Source: an uncultured Candidatus Entotheonella sp. (GTDB lineage Bacteria > Tectomicrobia > Entotheonellia > Entotheonellales > Entotheonellaceae). From it: a stretch of 64,000 nucleotides of DNA. The position numbers and the translations under genes are program-made. Every line of letters starts with the position of its first letter. Position 1 is the first letter of the stretch. Where the stretch lies: NCBI GenBank assembly GCA_965215335.1, contig CBDCDA010000001.1, forward strand, positions 128,001 through 192,000, read 5' to 3'. The notes under the pieces were generated by a model. It did no database searches. It worked only from the letters and a program-made list of their open reading frames with translations, and was not told where the DNA came from. Below are positions 10,553 through 19,767 of this stretch, in pieces.

Positions 10553-11785
10553 ATGGACTTCGAAGTGACGTATACGCCCGAGCAGGAGGCTTTCCGCGCG
10601 GCGGTGCGTGGTTGGCTGAGCGAGAATATCCCACCGGGCCTGACGCAGCCAGTCGATCCGGCGGACCTCACCCGCGAGCAATATCACAAGCTGCGCGAGC
10701 TGGGCCGCCTTCTGGGCGCCAAGGGCTGGTTGTATCCCACCTATCCGCAGGCCTATGGTGGCGGGGACCTGGCGGTCGATTTCGTCATCATCCTGGAGGA
10801 GGAACTGGACCGCTACGGCCTGCACCTGCCGCCCTATTACGACTCCGGCGGGCGGCTGGGCGGCGCCAGCATCTTCGTGTGGGGCACGGAGGAGCAAAAG
10901 AAGCACTTTCTGCCGCCGATCTTTCGCGGCGAGTGGCGCACCTGGCAGCTGCTCAGCGAGCCGAACGCCGGCTCCGACCTGGCGGGCGTGCAGACGCGGG
11001 CCATGCGCGACGGCGATGCGTACGTGGTCAACGGGCAGAAGATCTACATCGGCAGCCTGTACGGCTGCGAGATGATGTGGACGATCGTGGTCACCGATCC
11101 CGAGGCACCGCGGCACCACAATCTCGGCTGGTTGATGATCCCCCATGACCTGCCTGGCATCGAGGTACGCCGCATGGAACTGCTCACCGCCGGCGGCGAG
11201 GGCGGCGCTTCTCCCGGGCTCAAGCACACGGTGTTTTTCGACAACGTGCGGGTGCCGGCCTTCAACCTGATCGGCGGCGAGAACAACGGCTGGCAGGTAG
11301 CTACCACGCATCTGGAACTGGAACACGGCGGTGGTGGCATCGTGCGTCGCAACCGCGTTGTGGACCAATTTCTTGCGTATTGCACCACGACCCGACACAA
11401 CGGCGCGATCCTCAGCCAGGACCCGGACGTCCGCGACGACATGGTAGACGTGTACGTCAAGAGCGAGATCAACCGCCTCTTCGGCCTGCGCACCTACTGG
11501 CTCAGCCACGCCCACAGACCCAGGTCCTACGAAGGCCCGCAAGGATCCTACTACCGCAAGGTCACGGCCCTGGAGATGGCCGAAACCATGCTGCGCGCCC
11601 TCGGCCCTTATGCGATGACGAACGACCCGCAGTGGGGCCCGCTGCAGGGCTTGCTGGAACACTATCAGCGCGCCGCCGTGGTCGGCCTGCATCCGGGGGG
11701 GACGACGGATATTCAGAAAGTGGTGATGGCGCGGCGCATCGGCATCGGTCGCACCGCCAAGGAGCAGGCCGGCCGGTTGCGCTGA
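10553..11785 (+). CDS. Acyl-CoA dehydrogenase (likely one subunit of a heteromeric pair)
   Basis: SEPNAGSDLA, VNGQKIY, FFDNVRVP, GGTTDIQ motifs. Confidence 0.9.
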   Translation: MDFEVTYTPEQEAFRAAVRGWLSENIPPGLTQPVDPADLTREQYHKLRELGRLLGAKGWLYPTYPQAYGGGDLAVDFVIILEEELDRYGLHLPPYYDSGGRLGGASIFVWGTEEQKKHFLPPIFRGEWRTWQLLSEPNAGSDLAGVQTRAMRDGDAYVVNGQKIYIGSLYGCEMMWTIVVTDPEAPRHHNLGWLMIPHDLPGIEVRRMELLTAGGEGGASPGLKHTVFFDNVRVPAFNLIGGENNGWQVATTHLELEHGGGGIVRRNRVVDQFLAYCTTTRHNGAILSQDPDVRDDMVDVYVKSEINRLFGLRTYWLSHAHRPRSYEGPQGSYYRKVTALEMAETMLRALGPYAMTNDPQWGPLQGLLEHYQRAAVVGLHPGGTTDIQKVVMARRIGIGRTAKEQAGRLR

Positions 11786-11827
11786 GGGCCGCCGGAACCG
11801 GGGGCGAAAAGGGAGGAACAAACGGGC

Positions 11828-12964
11828 ATGGACCTGGGATTGACGGAAGCCCAAGAGATCCTCAAGGCGGCAGCCGCCGATTTCGTGCGGCGGGAATATG
11901 ACAAGGAGACGCTGCTTGCCCTGGAAAAGACCCCTACGGGCGTCGCGCCTGAACTCTTTCGCCAAGCGGCCGATCTTGGCTGGCTGGGCATCTTGATCCC
12001 CGAGTCCTATGGCGGCACCGACCGTTCCTTCACCGATACCGCCGTCCTGTTCGAGGAACTGGGACGCGGTCCTGTTCTGGGGGCCCATTTTTCCTCCAGC
12101 GTCCTTGGCGCCCTTGTCGTCCTGCTAGGCGGCACGGAAACCCAGAAGCAGACCTTGCTGCCCGGCGTGGTGCAAGGAACCACGGTGCTGAGCGTCGCCG
12201 TGACGGAGCCTCGGTACGGCTGGCGTCCTGACACGGTGCAGATGCCTGCCGGCCGGCAGGGGGACAACTATGCACTCAACGGCACCAAACTCTTCGTGCA
12301 CGACGCTCGGGCGGCAACGCACCTGCTGTGCGCCGCCCGCACGGCGCCGTCTGGCGACGGTTCAGGCAGCGGCGTTTCATTCTTCGTTGTCAAGGCCGAC
12401 AGCCCCGGCGTAGCGATTCGGACGCTACCGGGCTGGATGTCGCAGGTGGATGAAATCCGTTTCGACGACGTACGCGTGCCGGCCGCAAGCGTTCTGGGCG
12501 ATACGCCGGGAACCGGGTGGGATATATTCGAAGCCGCGTCGATGGGGGCGATCCCCATCCTGTGCGCTTATCAGGTGGGTTCCTGCCAGGCCGTCGTGGA
12601 CATGTCCGTGGCCTACAGCCGCACCCGCCGCCAGTTCTCGCAGCCCATCGGGCGGTTTCAGCGCGTCCAGGACCATATCATCGGCGCCGTCAACCACCTG
12701 GATGCCGCACGCTGGACGACCTGCGAGGCGCTTTGGAAGCTCGATTCCGGGCGCGACGCGCGGGCCAGCGTTCACCTGGCCAAGGCGGTAACGAGCGAGG
12801 CCTATCTCAAGGTGTGTGCCGGCGGGCACGAGGTTCATGCCGGCGTGGGCGTGATGCGCGAGTACGGCCTGACCCTGCACACGCAGCGCTCGCGCACGCT
12901 GTATCACTTTCTCGGGGACGCACGCTACCACCGTCGCCGTCTCGCCGCTGCGCTCGGCTGGTAA
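11828..12964 (+). CDS. Acyl-CoA dehydrogenase (partner subunit)
   Basis: LNGTKLFV, RRQFSQPIGRFQ, VHAGVG motifs; tandem with the upstream ACAD. Confidence 0.9.
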   Translation: MDLGLTEAQEILKAAAADFVRREYDKETLLALEKTPTGVAPELFRQAADLGWLGILIPESYGGTDRSFTDTAVLFEELGRGPVLGAHFSSSVLGALVVLLGGTETQKQTLLPGVVQGTTVLSVAVTEPRYGWRPDTVQMPAGRQGDNYALNGTKLFVHDARAATHLLCAARTAPSGDGSGSGVSFFVVKADSPGVAIRTLPGWMSQVDEIRFDDVRVPAASVLGDTPGTGWDIFEAASMGAIPILCAYQVGSCQAVVDMSVAYSRTRRQFSQPIGRFQRVQDHIIGAVNHLDAARWTTCEALWKLDSGRDARASVHLAKAVTSEAYLKVCAGGHEVHAGVGVMREYGLTLHTQRSRTLYHFLGDARYHRRRLAAALGW

Positions 12965-12982
12965 TCCAGGAGTTACGGGCCG

Positions 12983-13789
12983 ATGACGGGGCAGGGCAGG
13001 GCGGCAACCGTCCTGCTAGGCATGATCTTGTGGGTCGGGCTGGTCAGCCATGCCGGCGGCACCGCATCGCAGCCCAGCGGCGCGGTGGTCGTCATGGCGG
13101 CCGCTTCCCTGACGTCTGCCTTCACGGACATGGCCCCTGGCCTTCGGGCGGCCCATCCCCGGTTGCGTGTCCTGTACAATTTTGCGGGCTCGCAGGCGTT
13201 GCGCACCCAACTCGAACAGGGCGCAGCGGCGGACGTTTTCGCCGCGGCAGACACCGTACAGATGCAACGCGCCCTGGACGGCGGGCTGATAGAGGGCTCG
13301 CCGCGGGTCTTCGTCTGGAACACCTTGCTGATCATCGTGCCGCGCGCCAACCCGGGCCAGGTAACCTCTTTTGAGGACCTTGCAAAACGAGGTCTGAAAC
13401 TGACGCTCGCCGGCCCGCAGGTGCCAGCGGGCCGCTACAGCCGGGAGGCGCTGCAAGCCGCGACGGCGGACTATGGAACGGATTTTGGCGAGCGGGTGCT
13501 GCGCAACCTGGTCTCCGAAGAAACGAGCGTCAGACAGGTGCTGGTCAAAGTTCAGCTCGGCGAGGCGGATGCCGGCATCGTGTACGCCTCGGACGTGTCC
13601 GAAAACGTTCTGCAGGACGTCAGGACCGTACCCATTCCGGACGCCTCCAAGCGCCTCGCCAGCTATCCCATCGCGGCAACGCAGGCGGCACGCAATCCCT
13701 CGGGAGCGGCAGCCTTCATCCGCTTCGTGCTCTCGCCGGCGGGACAGGCCATCCTGAAGGCTCACGGCTTCATCCCGGTCACCGAATAA
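12983..13789 (+). CDS. modA: Molybdate ABC transporter substrate-binding protein
   Basis: AAASL, NFAGSQ, VPAGRY, GEADAGIVYASD motifs; signal peptide. Confidence 0.92.
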   Translation: MTGQGRAATVLLGMILWVGLVSHAGGTASQPSGAVVVMAAASLTSAFTDMAPGLRAAHPRLRVLYNFAGSQALRTQLEQGAAADVFAAADTVQMQRALDGGLIEGSPRVFVWNTLLIIVPRANPGQVTSFEDLAKRGLKLTLAGPQVPAGRYSREALQAATADYGTDFGERVLRNLVSEETSVRQVLVKVQLGEADAGIVYASDVSENVLQDVRTVPIPDASKRLASYPIAATQAARNPSGAAAFIRFVLSPAGQAILKAHGFIPVTE

Positions 13790-13798
13790 GTCCTTCTC

Positions 13799-14632
13799 AT
13801 GCCAAATCACGGGCGTCGCCATTCGCGTTCCCGGCCCTTTACCGGGCGAAGCATCTTCTGGCGCCTGCCCGCCTTGCTCGCGGTCACGTTTCTGATCCTT
13901 CCCCTGTCGGCAATTTTTCTCAACGTCCTGCCACAGAGTCATCTGTGGCCTACCTTGCGAGAGCCGTTCGTCACGCAGGCCTTACGGACCAGCCTGGTCA
14001 CGTCACTGGGCAGCCTGGTGCTGACGGTCGCCTTCGGCACCCCGCTGGCCTACGCCCTGGCGCGGCGCCGCGGCGCCGGAACCACGGTATTCGACACCGT
14101 GCTGGACCTGCCGATGGTGCTGCCGCCCACCGTAGCCGGGGTGGCTTTGCTGATGACGTTTGGCCGCCGTGGTCTCCTGGGACCGTGGCTGGATGCGCTG
14201 GGCATACAGGTCGTGTTCACGATGGCGGCGGTCGTCCTGGCCCAAAGCTTCGTCAGCATGCCGCTATACGTCCGCGCCGCTCAAGCCGGATTTCGCGGCG
14301 TCGACCCCGAACTGGAGCGCGTTGCCTACACCCTCGGATGCTCCGCCACCCGAACGTTCCTGCGCGTCACCGTACCCCTGGCGTTCCCGGCCTTGTTGAG
14401 CGGCGCCGTCATGGCCTGGGCACGGGCCCTGGGCGAGTTCGGCGCCACGATCATGTTTGCCGGGAATCTCACGGGACGCACCCAGACCATGCCGCTGGCC
14501 ATCTATATCGCCATGGAGTCGGATCTGACCACCGCCCTGGTGCTTGCCACCTTGTTGATCATCGTGCCGTTCGGTGGCCTCTTCGCCACACGCTTCTTCG
14601 CCCGGCGCAGGAGTTATGGAACTCATGCTTGA
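13799..14632 (+). CDS. modB: Molybdate ABC transporter permease
   Basis: LPMVLPPTVAG and ARALGEFGATIMFAGN motifs. Confidence 0.93.
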   Translation: MPNHGRRHSRSRPFTGRSIFWRLPALLAVTFLILPLSAIFLNVLPQSHLWPTLREPFVTQALRTSLVTSLGSLVLTVAFGTPLAYALARRRGAGTTVFDTVLDLPMVLPPTVAGVALLMTFGRRGLLGPWLDALGIQVVFTMAAVVLAQSFVSMPLYVRAAQAGFRGVDPELERVAYTLGCSATRTFLRVTVPLAFPALLSGAVMAWARALGEFGATIMFAGNLTGRTQTMPLAIYIAMESDLTTALVLATLLIIVPFGGLFATRFFARRRSYGTHA

Positions 14633-15716
14633 GGTGGCTCTGCGAAAAAGGCTGGGGGACTTCCAACTCGATGCGGCCTTCACAGCGCCGGGTGGGCTGA
14701 TCACGCTGTTCGGCCCGTCGGGGTCGGGCAAGAGCCTGACGCTCCAGACCATTGCCGGGACCCTGGAACCCGACGCGGGCCGCATCGCGCTCGACGGCCA
14801 GCCCATCTTCGACAGTTGCAGCGGCCTTGATCTCCCCGCCCAAAAACGCCGCGTCGGATACGTACCCCAGCACTACGCGCTGTTCCCGCACCTGAGCGTT
14901 GCCGACAACATCGGCTTCGGTCTTGCTCGGCTGCCGCACCGCACGCGGCAACGGCGCGTTGCCGAACTGCTGCGCAATTTCGACCTGGAGGCGTTGGCCG
15001 AGCGCCAGCCGCGGCAACTCTCCGGCGGCCAGCAGCAACGGGTGGCGCTCGCCCGCGCGCTGGCCGTGCAACCGGGCCTGCTGCTGCTCGACGAGCCGTT
15101 TGCGGCCCTCGACGCCACCTTGCGCACCGCCTTGCGCCAGGAACTGGCGCAGGTGCAAAAGCTCTGGAACATCTCGATGCTGATCGTGACGCATGACCTG
15201 TCCGATGTCTTTGTGCTCGGACAGCGGGTCATCGTGTACGACAACGGCAGGGTGATCCAGCAGGGGACACGGGATGAGGTGTTCTTTCGTCCCACGAGCC
15301 GGCGGGTCGCGGAATTCGTGCAGACGGGCAACATCCTGCCGGCAGTCGTGGAGCGCGTCGATGGAGAAACGTCGTGGCTGAGGTGGTGCGGCCATCTGCT
15401 GGCGACGGACGCGCCGCCCCTGGCGGCAGGAACACCCGTGTACGTCTGTATTCGCCCGACGCAGATTCTGATCGTGCGTCCGGACCGTTTCGCCGCCCGC
15501 GAGCGTCAGAATGTCCTGCGCGGGGTCATCGTGCATACCGACATGCAGGCGGAAACCTACACGCTGCACCTGCGGCTGGACAACAGCACGGCGGCATACG
15601 ATCTGGAAATCGTGCTGCCGGGCTACGTCTACCACCGGCTGGCGCTGCAAACGACACCGAATCTGGTTGTCGAGCTCAGCCGGCAGCATTTGCACGTCAT
15701 CCCGCGGGAAGCGTGA
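14616..15716 (+). CDS. modC: Molybdate ABC transporter ATP-binding protein
   Basis: GPSGSGKS, LSGGQQQRVALARAL, LLDEPF; follows modAB. Confidence 0.88.
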   Translation: MELMLEVALRKRLGDFQLDAAFTAPGGLITLFGPSGSGKSLTLQTIAGTLEPDAGRIALDGQPIFDSCSGLDLPAQKRRVGYVPQHYALFPHLSVADNIGFGLARLPHRTRQRRVAELLRNFDLEALAERQPRQLSGGQQQRVALARALAVQPGLLLLDEPFAALDATLRTALRQELAQVQKLWNISMLIVTHDLSDVFVLGQRVIVYDNGRVIQQGTRDEVFFRPTSRRVAEFVQTGNILPAVVERVDGETSWLRWCGHLLATDAPPLAAGTPVYVCIRPTQILIVRPDRFAARERQNVLRGVIVHTDMQAETYTLHLRLDNSTAAYDLEIVLPGYVYHRLALQTTPNLVVELSRQHLHVIPREA

Positions 15717-16686
15717 GGTCACCGTCGCCCGCGCCGGGCGAGTGATCCCCCAACTCCAGCAGAAAATCCTCTACCAGGCTTTCCAGGTCATACTCTGGTC
15801 GCCAGCCCCATTCCTGCTGCGCCTTATGGTCGTCGAGCGGTCGCAGGGACCCCTGAATCAGCCGCTGCAATTCCATATCCGGCCTGAATTCAATCCGAGC
15901 CCCGGGACACTTGGACCGAACAACGTCGGCCAGCTCACCCGCGCTCGGCGTTGGCGTCACGCCGTTGACGAGGTAGTTGACCGTGGTGATGGCCTGCCGC
16001 GGCGCCTGCGCCAGTTGCACGGTGGCCAGCGCCGCGTCCTTGATGTACATGACCGGCACCCGGGTTTCGGGCTCGACCCAGATGGTATAGGGGCGGCCCT
16101 GGGCGCACGATTCGATGACCCAGGAGGTGTACTGCACGGCGCCCGGCGTGCGCACGCCGGGGCCAATGATGGAAGGGTAGCGTATGCCCCGAAAATCAAG
16201 CCCGTGCTTGCGACGATAAAACAGCCCCATGTGTTCGCCGAACACCTTGGTCATGCCATAGAAGAGCTTCGGTCGCTGGATCGTCGCGTCGCCGATGGCG
16301 GCGTCCCGGATGTCGGAGCCGTAGGTACCCACGCTGCTGGCAAACACGATTTGGGGAACATCGAACAGCCGCGCCGCTTCCAGGACGTGGAAGGTGCCCA
16401 TCGCGTTGGTTTGCATGGCGCTGGCCGGATCGGCCTCGGAAGGGACGGACAGGGTGGCGCCGAGGTGGTAGATGACCTGCGGCCGCGCCTTCTTGACGGC
16501 TTCCAGCACGTGGCTGAAATTCCCCAGGTCGCCCCGCATGACTTCCACCTCATCTGCCACGCCGCCCAGCCGTTGCAGCGAGGGATTCCGGCTCATCACC
16601 AGCGGGCGTTTCTCGCCCCGCGAAAGCAGAAGCCGCACCACTTCCAGGCCGATAAATCCGGCGCCACCCGTAATCAACGTTGTCAT
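15697..16686 (-). CDS. NAD-dependent epimerase/dehydratase (extended SDR)
   Basis: TGGAGFIG and YGMTK motifs. Confidence 0.88.
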   Translation of the reverse strand: MTTLITGGAGFIGLEVVRLLLSRGEKRPLVMSRNPSLQRLGGVADEVEVMRGDLGNFSHVLEAVKKARPQVIYHLGATLSVPSEADPASAMQTNAMGTFHVLEAARLFDVPQIVFASSVGTYGSDIRDAAIGDATIQRPKLFYGMTKVFGEHMGLFYRRKHGLDFRGIRYPSIIGPGVRTPGAVQYTSWVIESCAQGRPYTIWVEPETRVPVMYIKDAALATVQLAQAPRQAITTVNYLVNGVTPTPSAGELADVVRSKCPGARIEFRPDMELQRLIQGSLRPLDDHKAQQEWGWRPEYDLESLVEDFLLELGDHSPGAGDGDLTLPAG

Positions 16687-16723
16687 CTTCACCTCCTGCG
16701 GACTGGAAGCCAATTCAACGCCG

Positions 16724-17800
16724 TCAATTTTCCCAGAACCCCAATAGCCTCAGTGACCAGGGAACCCGCACCAGCGCTGCGCCCACAAACAGGGGAAAGA
16801 CGTTGAAGAGGGCGCGGGCAAAGACGCCGACGGGTTTGGTTCGCCTGAACCACAACAGGTAGCACAAGCCCAGGGTCGCATAGAGCAGGACACAGAGCCC
16901 AAGCGAGGGCGAAAGCCAAAAGGCGAGGGCGAGCCCCCCCGCTGCCAGCGCGGAAGCGACGCCAATCATGGCAGGCAAGGGCGTTCTGCCTGCCGCCATC
17001 GGCTGGTTCCGGTTGCCCGCGCATTGCCGATCGCGCGACAAATTGAGCATATCTTCCACAACACAGCGACTGGAGGCGCAAGCGGACAGGGCCGCCCCCG
17101 CGCCCGTGGCAACCAGGTAGTGCCCGGCATGGGCGTCTGGCGCCACGGCGACGGGAACGAACACGAGCGCATTGGCCAGCCACCGGCGTGGACGCAGGGC
17201 ACGAATGAAATCGACCGTGGTTCCGCTGATACCAGGAAGAAAACGGGCCTGTTGATCCAGCGCCTTCACCTGCTGCGCCAAACGTGTCGGGAGACCAACC
17301 CCGATGGCACGCCGCGCGCGTTTCCAAACGGCCAGATCGCGCCGCTCGTTACCCACATAGTCGAAGCCGCGTTCGCCGAACTGGCCGACGAGGCCGGCGG
17401 CCTTGGTGTGGCCGACCAGATTGGTGCGTCCGTCCGAAGCGAAGCAACCTGCAGCACCCACCTCTCGGGCCAGCGGCGCAACGACCAATTCATCCGAGCC
17501 GGAAGCCAGCCAAACCTCACGCCCTGCCTCCTTGGCGGCGTCGATCTCCTCCAGCACGGCCGGGTTCAGGACCAGAGCGGCCGCGTTCAGGGTACCAGCC
17601 TGTTGTGCGAGCCAGCGTTTCAGCGGAGCGCGTCCGGCGGTCAGCCGGAAGGGCAGGGCGAACAGCTTGGCAGGCGAATCGGCGAGCAGCCGCAGCAAGC
17701 CTTCCGTCAGCAGGTCGCCCCTGACCAAGGAACCGTCGACGTCAACGACAAGCGGGACAGCATGATTCTTCCGGGTCTGCTCGGAGCTTGCGGGCGGCAT
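16724..17800 (-). CDS. HAD-UbiA prenyltransferase-like fusion, degenerate and short at the C-terminus
   Basis: N-terminal VDVDGSL HAD motif and GFDYVGN; UbiA-like region RPRRWLANALVF with altered Asp-rich motif. Confidence 0.7.
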   Translation of the reverse strand: MPPASSEQTRKNHAVPLVVDVDGSLVRGDLLTEGLLRLLADSPAKLFALPFRLTAGRAPLKRWLAQQAGTLNAAALVLNPAVLEEIDAAKEAGREVWLASGSDELVVAPLAREVGAAGCFASDGRTNLVGHTKAAGLVGQFGERGFDYVGNERRDLAVWKRARRAIGVGLPTRLAQQVKALDQQARFLPGISGTTVDFIRALRPRRWLANALVFVPVAVAPDAHAGHYLVATGAGAALSACASSRCVVEDMLNLSRDRQCAGNRNQPMAAGRTPLPAMIGVASALAAGGLALAFWLSPSLGLCVLLYATLGLCYLLWFRRTKPVGVFARALFNVFPLFVGAALVRVPWSLRLLGFWEN

Positions 17801-17924
17801 GCGATGTTATCGTCTCGGTGATAAGCCGTTGACGCGGCGCCTTCCGCGCCGCGCAATGCGGGAAACCCACGAATTCTGTCCAATTTGCCAGAATTCATAG
17901 ATTTTTGCACTCTGCCAGAATTCC

Positions 17925-19339
17925 GTAAGCGTTCAGAGGGCCGTGCAATGGGAGGGGTTATCGTAGAGCCAAGAGAGGTCAGGCGGACGATCGTGCATGA
18001 ACGCCTCAAGGGCGTCAACCAACACCGAGAAGGTCGATTGTTCCAGTTGCCGACATGTCTGACGCAGCGACAGACTCCGTTGCACCCAGGCATTGCCCTT
18101 GATACTCGCCGTACCCAAGGAACTCCTGCGCCACAACACGCCAAAGCGCAAGGCGCGCTCCGCCCGGTTGTTGGTCGGCTCAACTCCCGACTCGTTGAGA
18201 AACACCCACAACGAACCCAACTCGCGCCGTAAGCACCTCACCAGACGACCGCCATCATCAGGGCGCAGCCCATAGCGTTTCATCAGACGGCACAACCGCG
18301 CATACCATGCCTGCCATTGCCCCCCACTTGGCGGCGCGTGAGCCATCTGACACAAACGCTGGAGTTCCTGCAAGACCGCCTTGCCACAGGCAGCAAGGCC
18401 AGGAACCTGTCGCTGCGACAACTCCCGGGCACGGCGAATGAGATGCGCCAAGCAGGTCTGACGAGCATTGCCCCAGGCTTGATACACCCCGTAGCCGTCA
18501 CTGACCAGGGTGCCGCGCCAATCCTTGATCAAAGACCCGAAGGCTTCCTGCGAACGCTTGGGATGAATACGGTACAGGGCGACGGTATCCGTGACCATAC
18601 TCCAGAGCCATTGCAAGGCATGGCGGCAGTACCAGGGCGTCTCGTCAACGTAGCCCACCCGTGCCTTGCGGGCCAAGCGAGCAATGGCCGCATCGTGCGG
18701 CACAATAGCCAGGGAGGTACGGTCGATGAGACGCTGAATCGCCCCCAGGCTGATTGGCGCACCCAACACCGAGCGACAGAAATCCTGTACGCCGCGCCGG
18801 GAGATGCGGTGCATGGCACTGAGTTCGCCAATCAAGGCCGTCAGACGCGGGCCATAGCCGGTTTGCTGCGCCTTGGGGAGGCGGGCCTTGAGCAGCCGGC
18901 CACAGCCTGAACATCGGCCTTGGCGCAAGACCCAGTGGGTGACGTGCAACGCCATGGGTGGCAACTCCATGACCTAATGGAGGTGATACGGCGCTGTCTG
19001 GCCAGGTACGCCCTGGCCGCAGGCACAAGGTCCGGGATGGATGGCCCGCCGCTCGGTGGGACGGAGCAATCTGGAGCCTGACCCAGGATGGCCCATTCGT
19101 GCGCCCCGTTTGCCTGGGGGCTTGTCTTGCTTGCTGACAGGTCTTTGGAAGGGTGAATCCGACGAGGGTGGTTTGTCGGATGTCTTGGACGTGCGTTGCA
19201 AGCGCTTTTGGAGTTGGTCGATTTGTTCCTGGAGTTGGGCCAAGCGTTGGTGCAGGGTGAAGAGATAGGCTTGTACAGCCGGTGGTGTGTGCTGCCAATC
19301 GGTTTGCGACAGCGACTCAGGCGGTATCGACGGTTCCAT
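17925..19339 (-). mobile_element. IS66-family (ISBst12-like) element; transposase broken by an in-frame TAG at 18974-18976
   Basis: KPPSSD, DETPW, SDGY, CLAHL and PTNNRAERALR motifs; terminal GTAAGCGTTCAG at 17925. The other terminus was not found. Confidence 0.82.
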
Positions 19340-19503
19340 TCGGGACTTCCTGAGAAGGGCAACGGGAGAGCGAAAAACGAGTGTGACCATAGCCCATAAT
19401 AGGGCCGTCTGCAATAGATACCTGCACATCAAGCCATCAAAAAAACACATATAGCTGGAGGAAACAATTTAAGCGTAGTAAGAAATATTGGGACTGGCTG
19501 ACC

Positions 19504-19767
19504 GTGAGAATGAATTCGGTTGGATGGGATAGGCTGGGAGACAGATTAGAAATCGTTTGGGGTCCAGACTACCAGGGTCGTTATGACTTTTTTGTTTTCC
19601 GAGGAACGTCAGCAAAAAGTCATTTCTGCCCACTTCCCGATGATCATGGATTTCCAGTTAGGGATATGCGCGCCGAGGTGAAGGTATTTGACGTCGGCAA
19701 AGAATTGAGGAGTATCGGGGTAACGGGAGCTAAGCCGTACGAGGAAGCTTACGGTCGCCTTTTGTAA
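19504..19767 (+). CDS. Hypothetical protein, possibly the 3' remnant of a gene cut by the IS66 element
   Basis: 87-codon ORF in lower-GC DNA next to the IS; no motif recognised. Confidence 0.3.
   Translation: MRMNSVGWDRLGDRLEIVWGPDYQGRYDFFVFRGTSAKSHFCPLPDDHGFPVRDMRAEVKVFDVGKELRSIGVTGAKPYEEAYGRLL

Noticed and set aside
5906..18976. Amber recoding (TAG as Gln or pyrrolysine)
   Set aside because: TAG ends intact genes here (26856, 28776, 39530, 40651) and no suppressor tRNA or pyl genes are in the window.
19490..19520. Second IS66 terminus and target duplication
   Set aside because: Only a weak partial match to CTGAACGCTTAC and no exact 8-bp duplication.
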